Shown piece by piece: positions 19,016 to 29,264 of a DNA stretch of 64,000 nt. The stretch comes from a virus (taxonomy: Duplodnaviria; Caudoviricetes): IMG/VR virus record IMGVR_UViG_3300037501_000255; one strand, 5' to 3'. The position numbers were made by a program, and so were the translations under genes. The notes beneath the pieces are model-generated. The model saw only the letters and a list, made by a program, of their open reading frames with translations, did no database searches and had not been told where the DNA came from. Within the stretch, counting starts at the first letter, position 1. The number at the start of each line of letters is the position of its first letter.

Positions 19016-20116
19016 CTATTCGTAATCTCGAATTGCAATTACATATGGAAATCGAGGTATACCATCAGGCGTAAGGTTGAAATACTTCACTGTCGCTAGT
19101 TTACCAAGCAAGTCTTGCCTTGACTTCAACAGCCCTCTGAGGTATTCTCTGTCGCCTTTGATATTAGAATTAAATTGCTGGCCGGCTACATTTCGAAGGA
19201 GCATCGAGGCGGCCATACCGCTCTTGTTGCCATCACCTTCAATCACATCTAGAATAAGAAATTCTTCATCCTTAAACTCTTTGCGCTTAAGCAGCGCCTT
19301 ACTGCGCTTGTTTTCGTAAACCCAATCCAGCCGAACCATCTGGCCTTCGTAGCCGGCTTCCATGTATGAATCATAAGCGGCGTCTAGCTGTTGGCGATTA
19401 TGAATTGCCGTAGTTGGTACTATACGTATGCAGCTGGGCCGACCGCTGAGGATTTTTTTAAGGAATGCGTGACGCTCTGAAAATGTGGATCTGCCGGCGC
19501 CAGAAGCTATATCATATACCCAATACTGGATCGCGGCGGCGCTCTCCTTCAGGTCTTCATTTGAGGGTTTGCTTTTCTTTACCAAAGAGCATATGCGATT
19601 GAAGTCATTGGCAAACTTATCACAATATAATTCTCCATCCAATGCTAATCCCGGCAATTCATCAAACAGGCTTTCTAGGGCTGCTGCAATATGCGGGACG
19701 CTAGAGAATGGCTTTCCTCCGCGACTTTTGAGGGCGCCCTGCGTAGCGATGCAACGAATCCCGTCGTACTTGGGCTGACTAAAGACTGGGTATTTGAGGT
19801 CGTCAGCGTAGTCTTCAAAGGATTTTGCTAGCATAGGCTCGATGAATTCGATGTCGTCGATTTTGCCCAGATCTTCTTTGTAGCCGGAGTCGATCTTCTT
19901 CTTCCATTTGGACTTAGCCTCAAACGCAGCCTGATCTTCGGGGCTAGTTTCATTCGAACGGCCAACATTCTTGGCCTGACAGACTGTCCACTCCGAGACC
20001 ACCTTTTGACCATCAATCTGGCCAGAGGTGACTCTGTGCCTATCTCCTTGGACTTCAATCTCCCAACTTTGCACTGCACCTGTAGATGTCCTAGAATATA
20101 GAATTGGCAGCTTCAT
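19016..20116 (-). CDS. ATP-dependent DNA ligase
   Basis: N-terminal WGR-like region; PMLAK, SQPKYDGIRC, LDGELY, YDI, EGQMVR, LLKRK, OB-fold ending PRFPYVIAIRDYE. Confidence 0.92.
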   Translation of the reverse strand: MKLPILYSRTSTGAVQSWEIEVQGDRHRVTSGQIDGQKVVSEWTVCQAKNVGRSNETSPEDQAAFEAKSKWKKKIDSGYKEDLGKIDDIEFIEPMLAKSFEDYADDLKYPVFSQPKYDGIRCIATQGALKSRGGKPFSSVPHIAAALESLFDELPGLALDGELYCDKFANDFNRICSLVKKSKPSNEDLKESAAAIQYWVYDIASGAGRSTFSERHAFLKKILSGRPSCIRIVPTTAIHNRQQLDAAYDSYMEAGYEGQMVRLDWVYENKRSKALLKRKEFKDEEFLILDVIEGDGNKSGMAASMLLRNVAGQQFNSNIKGDREYLRGLLKSRQDLLGKLATVKYFNLTPDGIPRFPYVIAIRDYE

Positions 20117-20117
20117 A

Positions 20118-20606
20118 TCACTTGAGTCCTAAGATTCGGTTTTCTTCTTCAGATAGCTTCTTTAATGCTGCTACGCGAACAGCGTCGCTCTTTGTTTTTC
20201 TGCTGCCAGCCAGCTTCTCGCGTTCCGCCTTGGCTGCCATATCAGCAGCCAGATCCTGCTAGATGGCGCCTACAATGTCGCGCCTGGCCATAAAAAGGTA
20301 TTCAGTTGGAAAGCTAGAATAGTAATCCCACTTAGATGTCTCTAGCTTTGGTTGGTTATTGTACATCTCTAAGCGGCAATCTTCCACTACATCTGACGAT
20401 ACACATGGGTCTCCCACCTCTCCCTCATCGGCGTTATTGAACCACCATTTGTACTCCTTAGCTATACCAAAAGCCTCCATGATAGCCGAAAATACATCAT
20501 CAATCTTATCGAAGAGTTTTTGCTCAAGGCAAGAAAGGCCGGATCTGGCTATGGTATATTTTTCCAAATCCTCCTTGGTATATGTGACTTCCTTAGCTTT
20601 TCTCAT
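20118..20606 (-). pseudogene. Hypothetical protein with an in-frame TAG at 20259-20261
   Basis: ORF 20259..20606 continues in frame as QDLAADMAAKAEREK...AALKKLSEEENRILGLK*. Confidence 0.55.
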
Positions 20607-20824
20607 TCATCATCCTCTATAGAGACAGAAAACTGCCTCGGTAAGCATCTGTAGAATTTTACTGCAGGATCACCATACCTAATCCAGTAGTGATCTTCGC
20701 GTACATAGGGTGTGTGCAGACCCCATAATGAGACTGTTCCATCAGAATCCTCAGCCACGCCATCACTGAGTAGCTGCGCTCGGTCAGCGCATACCTGCAC
20801 TAACTTCCCACAGCTAATGCCAGC

Positions 20825-21110
20825 AAGCCCCGCGAGGCTAGATGGCCCCCAGAATTCACAGAATGCTACTGCAGAATCATAACGCTCATTACGAAAGATA
20901 TCACGCAGCGGTGCAGCAAGTGTGTTGTGGAAAGCTCAATGGCACTACCGAAACCCGGATCGGTCGCGTCGAAAAGCCTGTGGCGAGTTCCGTATTTGTA
21001 CCAGCCACCCTTACGCTTCCATTCGAAACGGAGATTGCTGCCGTCTAGCTTATCAAACACATACGCTTCAAATTCTGAAAATTCACGTGGAATTGAGGGT
21101 ATGTCTTCAC
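20825..21110 (-). pseudogene. RNA-ligase-like (KxDG) protein, N-terminal part only
   Basis: GTG start at 21110: MKTYPSIPREF...FDKLDGSNLRFEW.RK.GWYKYGTR...AFCEFWGPSSLAG, then an abrupt switch to unrelated sequence. Confidence 0.55.
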
Positions 21111-21155
21111 GTGGCGCCACCATTGTTAATCGACCCGGCACCTGCCTGCTATTTT

Positions 21156-21791
21156 TTATCTGGAAAATTTCCTACTTACATCCCGAAACATTTTTATTAT
21201 TGTTTTTGGGATTTTAACTGATTCTAGCTCTGAACTGAGCCCGGTAGATAGATAGGCTTGTGTTTCATCTGGAATTACAAATTTTGCATACCCTTGCTTA
21301 ATCAGCGCTGACGATATCGCAGCTGCGGTCCTGGATGGAATTTGGTTTAGGCAGCGCTTCATTTCTCTGCGGTATTCTGAATTAAGTCCCCAAAGGGCAT
21401 GCGCTTTTTCGTGCGCGAGCGAAGCGGTATCTCCACGCATGACACCTATAAGGTAGAACATCCTGCTGCGCTCTCTGCATACCTTATAGATGCTGCGCAT
21501 TGCGCGATCATATTTGCTGGGATCGGGAATACCTTTCCTAAAACAGGCACTTATTACTCTGCCGGGTAGATTAAACCCACTCCAGTCGTAGGGGTAGGTG
21601 AAGCCGCCCCGACCTTCTGTTTCAGAGTACCATTTCATGTAGTCAATTAATGTAAATGGCTTGCCTCTAAAGGCGAGGTTGGGAGATTCGTAAAACTCCT
21701 GACATCTCCAAAATGTCATAGCTAAATCAAATTCATCTTCAAACTCAGCACAGAAAATACCCTCGCCAAGTGCTCGTATAGAATGTCTCAT
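21156..21791 (-). CDS. Conserved jumbo-phage hypothetical protein with HExxH
   Basis: LAMTFWRCQEFYESP...FRGK.FTLIDYM.WY...Y..DWSGFNLP...AHEKAHA. Confidence 0.7.
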   Translation of the reverse strand: MRHSIRALGEGIFCAEFEDEFDLAMTFWRCQEFYESPNLAFRGKPFTLIDYMKWYSETEGRGGFTYPYDWSGFNLPGRVISACFRKGIPDPSKYDRAMRSIYKVCRERSRMFYLIGVMRGDTASLAHEKAHALWGLNSEYRREMKRCLNQIPSRTAAAISSALIKQGYAKFVIPDETQAYLSTGLSSELESVKIPKTIIKMFRDVSRKFSR

Positions 21792-22030
21792 ACCTTCTCC
21801 GACAATCTTTTGGCAATATCGACTATTAGGTCGGTTCTCTGAACTTCGACCTGCAGCCTGTGTCCCAATTCTGCTGCCTTAGCTCGATTTTCTGGAGTAT
21901 CGCCCCATAGAAAATCTGATAATGCAGATTGCTGAGATACCCATACGCATTTTATATGCAGAAGGTCATTGATATTTTCAATCACCATCTTCAATGCATC
22001 TTCATAAGACATATCACTTACCGCCATCAA
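21788..22030 (-). CDS. Hypothetical protein
   Basis: 80 aa ORF coupled to its neighbours. Confidence 0.55.
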   Translation of the reverse strand: MMAVSDMSYEDALKMVIENINDLLHIKCVWVSQQSALSDFLWGDTPENRAKAAELGHRLQVEVQRTDLIVDIAKRLSEKV

Positions 22031-23522
22031 TAGCTGGAATGCGGGCGTAGTCGTCCCAGATCGAATCTAATGTATATTTTGACATAAGAGCTGGCGCATA
22101 GCTGCAAGGCCCGGCCTCTTGTGTTACAGCATTAATATACATCGAGAAGGCCCCCTCGCTTGTGTGGAACGAGATTGGCGGAACTCCGACCTTCTTAAGT
22201 TCATTTTTGCACAAAGAAGCGAGAGTTGTGTCTATCGCTAGGTTCGGCATGTATTCCGGCTGAGGGCAGGGGTTCGCACTATCCCGCTGTTCTAACAAAC
22301 GCTCGTGGCTGCCGCCACTCGCTTTCCAATATGAACCATCGCGGTCAAACAGATCCTTCTGCCTCTTTGCCTCCCATGCCTCCGCTCCCTCGCGGCAAGC
22401 CTGCACTCGCGCCGTCCACGGCGCAATCCACTCGGTTTGATTGGGGGCATTATGTACCGGCAGACCGCTCCTGGCAGCAGCACCACGACCCGTATCCTTA
22501 TACCCTAGCAGCGTCAAGCGATGCCCTTCGGCTGCCTCCATCATTTGCTCAAACTCTGCCACTGATACCGTTCCGACAACTACCTGGAAGTGTACCTGGA
22601 ATGGCGGATATTTGGCATGGAAACGCTCTAAGATGCCTCGAATCTGCTCGGCAGTATCTACCGAGAATGCCACAGCAGATACCGGCACCTCGGGGATCTC
22701 AGCCCAATAGGTTACGTTGCGACTGGTCACATTAACGGTCACGCCCGCGCTATGGAACGCCTCTACAATACGGGCGAAGTCGGGATGCAGGGTGGGCTCG
22801 CCACCACCAAGAGCCACTTCTAGTACGCCCGAGTCACAGAAGCGTTGAGCAAGCGCTTCCAGATGTGCAAGCGGTGCATGTCGGCCTTGCGGGGTCGAAC
22901 CTTGGTAGCAGTATGAGCAACCGTATGGGCAATAATCGGTAATCTTGATATCGACCAGTTCGGGCCATGTACCTTTGGCAGGAGGCTCTTCTCCGGTATG
23001 CGTCATGCGAAGTTTGGTCCCAGACCGGCGATCGAAGAGCACAAAGTGGCCTTTGGGATCACGGACTAGGGTCCATGAGTCACGGTGTGCGAGTGCTACA
23101 GCTCCCGCATCTTGAAATACCGACAGGAGTGGGTGACCATCAGAATTGTCGTTCCCGCCCAGAATAATCACACGATTCATACTGATTAGCTGATGGAGAA
23201 ATGCCGCTACCTCGGGTGAGTTTGTGGGAGCGCCGGTTGTACGGTCGGTAATTGACAGACCCTCATCGCCCCAAACACTCTGGTGATCGATAGAGGGTTC
23301 GTCATTGCCATTGCCCCAAGATCCGGTAACATACCCCATCTGCGCCCGGTAGTACTCTTCTTTGTCGGAGAGCTCTGTGAGCGTAAAGTCATCCCACCCA
23401 TAGTCGCCCCAGTTGCTACCATGGGAAGAGGGTGGCGGCGGAGTGCCTGGTGGCAGAATAAGGATGCTGTGCGAGGATGATGAATTCGTGGCGAAACCGT
23501 GGCGGATATTGTGAACTCTCAT
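22014..23522 (-). CDS. Radical SAM protein fused to an N-terminal 'GFxTNSSS' domain
   Basis: ITDYCPYGCSYCYQGS (CxxxCxxC), VALGGGEPTLHPDF; N-terminus IRHGFATNSSSSHS. Confidence 0.88.
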   Translation of the reverse strand: MRVHNIRHGFATNSSSSHSILILPPGTPPPPSSHGSNWGDYGWDDFTLTELSDKEEYYRAQMGYVTGSWGNGNDEPSIDHQSVWGDEGLSITDRTTGAPTNSPEVAAFLHQLISMNRVIILGGNDNSDGHPLLSVFQDAGAVALAHRDSWTLVRDPKGHFVLFDRRSGTKLRMTHTGEEPPAKGTWPELVDIKITDYCPYGCSYCYQGSTPQGRHAPLAHLEALAQRFCDSGVLEVALGGGEPTLHPDFARIVEAFHSAGVTVNVTSRNVTYWAEIPEVPVSAVAFSVDTAEQIRGILERFHAKYPPFQVHFQVVVGTVSVAEFEQMMEAAEGHRLTLLGYKDTGRGAAARSGLPVHNAPNQTEWIAPWTARVQACREGAEAWEAKRQKDLFDRDGSYWKASGGSHERLLEQRDSANPCPQPEYMPNLAIDTTLASLCKNELKKVGVPPISFHTSEGAFSMYINAVTQEAGPCSYAPALMSKYTLDSIWDDYARIPAIDGGK

Positions 23523-23932
23523 GGAGTGCTCCTAAGTAGGTCTTTGAAGCGCCGCCATCGCGACGGCTTAGGCGGCGGAATCTCAGCAATGAAATCGTTT
23601 GATTCTATATGAAGAGTGATTGTCTCTGGCGTATTGGAAACTGAAAAGAAGTACGGGTAGTGTGCGGCGATTCTATAGTGCCGCTCGCCTTCTTGAGGGA
23701 TGAAGTATAGCTGGTATTTGGCGCCGTCGATGGTGGCTGCGGCCTCCATACCTCTTATAGGCGGGCTAAATTCCCACAGTTGGGGCGGTATTCCATCCGG
23801 ATAGGCAGCCTCCCATTGTGGTCGATTGTATTGCTGCAAGTCCCATCCTGGTGGAAGTGCTACTGTGAGAGCGCCGGGATACTGACGATAGTCCACCGCA
23901 TAGCGGGAGTTGGGCTTTATCAAAAGTAGCAT
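23519..23932 (-). CDS. Hypothetical protein
   Basis: 137 aa ORF with ATGA overlap. Confidence 0.55.
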   Translation of the reverse strand: MLLLIKPNSRYAVDYRQYPGALTVALPPGWDLQQYNRPQWEAAYPDGIPPQLWEFSPPIRGMEAAATIDGAKYQLYFIPQEGERHYRIAAHYPYFFSVSNTPETITLHIESNDFIAEIPPPKPSRWRRFKDLLRSTP

Positions 23933-24669
23933 AGTTGCAGCCGATACATTAAAGGAACTTCATACTCTCGGGATCGGTCACATCATCTGAATCTAGTCCC
24001 GGCAGCTCGTATAGGGCGCGGACGTAGTGTGCTCGGTCCAGTCGGTATTCGTGGAGAGATACATCTCGGGGGAGAATTACGCGGTCGTATGTGGGGTTCC
24101 AAATCTGGTTGTAGCCGCCCGGCTCTCCATTGGGCCCATTCAAAAAGCCGGTGTAGAAAATCGCCTTATGAAGGACATTGTGTGGACTCCACGCCACATC
24201 AACGGCATAAATGTTCGCTGCTTCCAGCCACCGGCAGGTGATACAATGGTACGCTTACATGGCGGGGTGAAGAATGTCATGGCGTACCTTCTTTGGTTTA
24301 GGGAAACCCAACTCACTGCCGGCGAATACGCGAATATCAACCTTGGCCTCTCTGGGGGGTACCCTTAGCGAAGTAGGCTCCGCGATAGTTTTTACCAGAC
24401 TCGTCTGACTTGGCAAAGCTCAAAACGCTTGAATACCGGCCAGATTGATGAATCATAAATCCAAGCACCTAGATGCTCGGCATGATCAGGGTGAAAGGCT
24501 GCGTCTTGCAGATCGTGCGGGGACCATGACTTATCGAAGTCCAAAAATGTATCTGGCCGGCGGGCGACTGTCTGCAGTGAGGTACAGTTGCCTCTCTCGC
24601 AACTCTACCCAAAACTCTGGCGGCAATGCTTCTTGGAGAGTATTAAGTGTATGTGGCCTGTACATAAAT

Positions 24670-24981
24670 TCACTTCTTTAGTTGCGGCGTGCCGTGTGCA
24701 TCGCACATGATATCGGGGTGTTCCCATAGTTCTTTCTCAAGAGCTTCGATATTACGCTCGGCTTTATGGTAGGCATCCTGCATTGAACGCCAGAGTGCGG
24801 AGGGTAGCACCTGATTTCTCTTGATATCTTCAGGAGAAAGCGTGGCTAGATTTGTTCCGGCCTGACGCTTTGCCTCGCGAATTGGTCGCAGCAGATATTC
24901 TTTGAGAAGATCATAGCGCTCGGCAAGTATATTCCATCGATCAATCAACTTCTGTGGGTCCTTCTTCTTGTGAATTGACAT
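24670..24981 (-). CDS. Hypothetical protein
   Basis: 103 aa helical ORF. Confidence 0.5.
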   Translation of the reverse strand: MSIHKKKDPQKLIDRWNILAERYDLLKEYLLRPIREAKRQAGTNLATLSPEDIKRNQVLPSALWRSMQDAYHKAERNIEALEKELWEHPDIMCDAHGTPQLKK

Positions 24982-25138
24982 TCTTATACTCCTCGGGGTA
25001 AGCTCGCTTTTCTATCGGGCGCAGAACCCACAGTCTGTAGGCGTTGAGCGGTACCCAAAAATTGGTAGCCGCCCCCATAAGCAGAAGGGGTACTGCACCC
25101 ATCAGCAGTGCAGTGTGTAGTGCTTTGTAGTTCACACA

Positions 25139-25573
25139 TTAAATCCAATCATTGTCACGCTCTATTCCCAACCCCACTGCATCAAACTCATCGGAATCTT
25201 CTCGATTAGCTCCGAGTGCGGCTAGTGCACGGCTGATTGGTGATGGGGCCGCGCAGCGCTCTTCATTACTACATATCGAGTATTTTACTCCGTTCTTCCA
25301 CCATGTCACATCCTGTTCACCTAGCCCGCCGAAGTATGAGGCGAATGCATGAATGATGTCATGTTCTGGGGTGGCGCGCTCGCAATTTTGCGTGCTGATC
25401 GCAAAGCCTTGATTTAGAACTCGGTAATCTGCGCCGATGGCGCCCATAACTTCCTGTTTAGCGATCCAAGCATTCAAATAGTACGCCATAGTACTCTTCC
25501 CTTTTCCTCTGCTCTTCTTCTGCGAGGTAGCGTCGAACTTCGGCCATGCGTCTTGCCTCCTCGTCTCGCTCAT
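25139..25573 (-). CDS. Hypothetical protein (true start probably MAYYLNA)
   Basis: C-terminal YFGGLGEQD...ISRALAALG...DEFDAVGLG pattern seen in phage hypotheticals. Confidence 0.5.
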   Translation of the reverse strand: MSETRRQDAWPKFDATSQKKSRGKGKSTMAYYLNAWIAKQEVMGAIGADYRVLNQGFAISTQNCERATPEHDIIHAFASYFGGLGEQDVTWWKNGVKYSICSNEERCAAPSPISRALAALGANREDSDEFDAVGLGIERDNDWI

Positions 25574-26441
25574 CCCGTTTGCGCCTATAATTTGCAGCGG
25601 CGGTGCTTGGACAGTCGGTATAAAACTGGGACGAGAGCCCGCATCCCCACTCCCCGCAGGTACAGACGGGAATTTCTTGAGCGCACTCTGGACATGGGTG
25701 GGAGGGTTGTGTCATATGTAGATCTGTTCGTGCGTGTCGCTTCGGTAGTAGTGACGGTATGGGGAATAGTCATCGCTTTCCCATCCTGACCAGGACATCG
25801 CCACTCTAACATAAACACGCCAGCCGCCTTCGTGCTTCCAAGTATGATCCTTGTGTACGTACCACCACTTGCCAGGGTAGTGGCGGCGCAGGAGGGTTAT
25901 GACTCGCCGCCTATAATTGAATAGGGTTATTGGGAACCTTGGCATATCTGCCATACTAGATACTCGCGTTCCACTTCTTGGATTACTATCAAATAATTGC
26001 CACTATCCCACAGTTCTTGCGTGGTAAGTGTTACCGTGTCGGACAGCGGGGGCTCCCACCGGTCATGGCCACCTAACTACGCTGGATACATCTCTTCGAG
26101 ACGCCTGTCGATGAGGCGGCGTTGTAAATCCAGATTTTCTCTTATAGAACGCGCAGCATGCCTTGTCATCACAAAAAGCGGAAATAAACGATCGGCCCTA
26201 GCGGTGGAGCTGCCGCACATGTCCGACAACTCAGATGCGATTGCATCTAGCAAAGTAGAGTTGTATCATTTGCTGCGCAAAAGAATACAATCACCTAGGT
26301 AGGGTTGAGGCGAATGCGAATATGTCTGTAGTTGCCGAGCGGCACATCTGCTTTGCCACTGCAGCCTCGGCATCTGTAGTTGATTGCTGCATACAGTTCT
26401 CCCCCAACACACCGCGTATGTACCGTAGTGCGAGTTTTGTA

Positions 26442-26451
26442 TAATTAATTA
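26442..26451. promoter_or_regulatory. TAATTAATTA motif
   Basis: Immediately follows the TAG stop of ORF 26452..26886. Confidence 0.5.
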
Positions 26452-26886
26452 CTACGGCTGTTCGGTAAATACTCTTACATCAATTACTTCCGCACCCACA
26501 GCAAAGACGCGCCTTACCTCGGCATACGGGGCATAGTTCTGCAGGTCCTCAATAACCTCCTTGACCGTTCGGTTAATCTCCACCTGCCCGTGGCGCGGTT
26601 TGGTGTGCCTCGCCATGCATACCTGCAATATCTCTTTAGGTGTGCCGGGTGACAGATTTGCAGCCAGATTCTCTAGGAACTTCTCTCCTGCATATTTTGT
26701 GGAGAGTTCCTTGGCGAACAGAAGAAATTCTTCTGTCCCTTCGTCGTCAGGATATTTGTCCTGCTCGGCATCTATCATGAGCTTGCGCAGTGACCTGCCG
26801 TGAAATGCCATGTCTACCATAGAGTCTATTAGAACGTTTAGCTGGGAAAATCTCTTGGCCCTCTCAGCCATGTTGTCACTTGACAT
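26452..26886 (-). CDS. Hypothetical protein
   Basis: 144 aa ORF. Confidence 0.6.
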   Translation of the reverse strand: MSSDNMAERAKRFSQLNVLIDSMVDMAFHGRSLRKLMIDAEQDKYPDDEGTEEFLLFAKELSTKYAGEKFLENLAANLSPGTPKEILQVCMARHTKPRHGQVEINRTVKEVIEDLQNYAPYAEVRRVFAVGAEVIDVRVFTEQP

Positions 26887-27055
26887 GCGATTCCTTGATT
26901 TCGTTGGGCACCACCTGTTGTGTGCGCCAAAAGGCGTGCGTCTGTACGTGTTCGGCCCTGACCCATTTTGCTACTGACTTTCGAAAATCACGGAAGTGAA
27001 ATTGCTCGGCCAGTCGAAGTACATAGCCCTCGCACTCATCTAGTCCTCCGACTGA
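26876..27055 (-). pseudogene. Orphan C-terminal fragment of an RNA ligase
   Basis: Manual translation VGGLDECEGYVLRLAEQFHFRDFRKSVAKWVRAEHVQTHAFWRTQQVVPNEIK; matches ligase motifs IV-V (EGYV...AKxVR..HVQT); no start or motif I. Confidence 0.6.
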
Positions 27056-27656
27056 TTACGCCCGATAGCGGTGACCCAATCTTTAAATGACATTGAGCGA
27101 CACTGTTCGAATGTGAATGACGCCTGCAGTTTTAGCGGGTAGTATTCTGGTAAACCCCCATCTCTGCCCGGTCGAACTTGTTCTTCTAGAAATTTGAAGC
27201 GCTCACAGGAGGGTAGCGGAGACTTGTTAAACCCCCTGTAAACCTCGAGGATTCCCATGTCCATGTCAAGGACATACGCCCATTCGCAGAACAGCGAGTG
27301 TGCTGCGAATCCAAGATCCAGCGCGACTTCAGGTTCGGGCGTAGCTTGAATATAATTCAGTATCTTCGCACCAAAATCTCTATTGAATTGCGGGTGCTTC
27401 TTAGCAAACTTGTCAGCGATATCCATTGGTACAAACTTACCTGTTGCCCCCACATCTTTTCACAGAGCCTCGATATATTCGGGGGAGCGAATCTTGATAG
27501 CGTCAAGGTGGTCGCAGAATGCTTCTGTATTCATTTCGGACTTGATAAATTCGAAGACTGTCTTTCCCTGCCCTTCCGGATAGACGTCCCACTGACAGAC
27601 TGTGCTACGACAAACTTCCCATTTCGAACTACACATGTAAGATTTCTAGTTCCCAT
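27040..27656 (-). pseudogene. Conserved phage hypothetical protein (MGTR...AQYCQWDGYP family), frameshifted
   Basis: One missing base at about 27600 restores AQYCQWD.YPEGQG; continues into ORF 27040..27453 (SLFCEWAYVLD). Confidence 0.6.
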
Positions 27657-28127
27657 ACTTCTCCCTGTTTAGTTTTCAAAACTCGAATTGCATACGCTCG
27701 CGCTGGCCTCTGCCTGCTCGCGAGTCTTGAATGTAGCAACTACAAGCCCAGATGGATTGAGGAGTTCGAATCGAAGCGGACCGCTATCCTTTTCGACGAC
27801 TTTGTATTCAGTATTTTTGATTGACATTATTTGCTCCTAATTTAGAGGTTGTTGATCTTGCATAACATATGCTCTCCGTTTAACCTTTCGCTGCTCCAAT
27901 CATGGAGTCGGAAGGTGAGGCGGCAGGGGCAGATGCTCAGAAGAGCGTGTACCGGCAGAACCAATGAAAGGCATGTCTTAGGCGTGGAAAGTGGAGTGTG
28001 GTGTTGGGCGGCTCAGCCGGCCGGCCCCTTGCATATGTCTTCCAGATTTGAATGCATTCGTAGAACCCTTCCTCGGTAGTGCGAGCGACCTCGTGGGCGA
28101 CGAGGTTTCTCTGTTAGCAAATCTTTT

Positions 28128-28496
28128 CTAGATAACATTTTTCAACTCCGAATTGCGCTTTTCAGCAAACTGCCGAATCTGCTGCACAGACACATCTGTT
28201 AGCTTCCAGTTTTTATCACCAGCCTTCGTGCCAGATGGTATGTGCCACATATTGTAGCAGTTTTCATACAGCGTAACAGCAATACATCCGTCTGTGTAGA
28301 TCAGTGCATGCACCTCGTGTGTCTGCATGTATAGGGACGTGGGGCTGCATTTTACTGTGCCTCCGTCATCGTCTGGAAGATCGAAGATACTTATGTCTCC
28401 AATATACTCTGCATCAACCGGAAATTTATAGTCTTGATGATCTCCGCATTCAACTTCCAGCATTAGCCCATCATGACGAATACATCGGATTGGCAA
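28128..28496 (-). CDS. Hypothetical protein (extends upstream to about 28600)
   Basis: Upstream in-frame CINC...YCSWDC; DHQDYKFPV...E.HALIYTDG. Confidence 0.55.
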   Translation of the reverse strand: MPIRCIRHDGLMLEVECGDHQDYKFPVDAEYIGDISIFDLPDDDGGTVKCSPTSLYMQTHEVHALIYTDGCIAVTLYENCYNMWHIPSGTKAGDKNWKLTDVSVQQIRQFAEKRNSELKNVI

Positions 28497-28847
28497 GCCA
28501 TTTGGTGTATGTTCTCGGCCACCGTTCTTTTTTGCAAAATCTATAGTACAATCCCAGCTACAGTAATTGCGCGAGCGAGGAGCTTCTTTTCTACAATTAA
28601 TACACTGTGCCGTCTACGGGCCTCACTTAACAAATTGGATTCTATCAAAGAATGGATCTGCCGGAATATCTACCGTTCGAACTTTGGGTCCGGCTCCAAA
28701 CCAGTCTTTGCAGGTATATCGCATGCGCATGGTGCGCTTATTAAAGTGAACGGGCAGTACCTCCACTTCAAAAACTTCGTTATGAGGTGAGCTGATGATG
28801 AACGCTGTAGTGACCTCAGCAAATACTCGAGGGCATCCCACTTCTCT

Positions 28848-29264
28848 TTATGCTAGATTTTCTTTAACGGGAGTGCCTGACAGCCAAATCTTAAATCGCG
28901 CATGTGCCTCTATAAGATCATCTATGATCTGTTCAGCCAAAGCATCTTCTACTTCTTGGGCCCAATCCAAATCATTAATTGACATATTACTTCCTAAGTG
29001 CTTCGAATTCTGGAATATCTGATGGTTCAAATGAGTCCAACCAGCGCTCGTTAAATGAATCAATTGCAGCTGGGTCAGCGCGATTTCTAGATAGGAATGG
29101 GCTAGCTCCGGCAGGTGGTGCGCTATATCGGACTTAGTGTACCGTTGCAGGTTATCGATTGTGGCACGACTTTCGGCCACATTTCCGATTGAGTCAATAA
29201 ATACAACGATGTCGCAATCTCTGCTGTCTTGCGATCCGAATATCTGGTACTCAATTGATTACAT
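28848..29264 (-). pseudogene. Pol-beta-like nucleotidyltransferase fragment with a TAA at codon 2
   Basis: M*SIEYQIFGSQDSRDCDIVVFID (GS-x-D-x-x-D-x-D) in frame with ORF 28848..29180. Confidence 0.4.
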
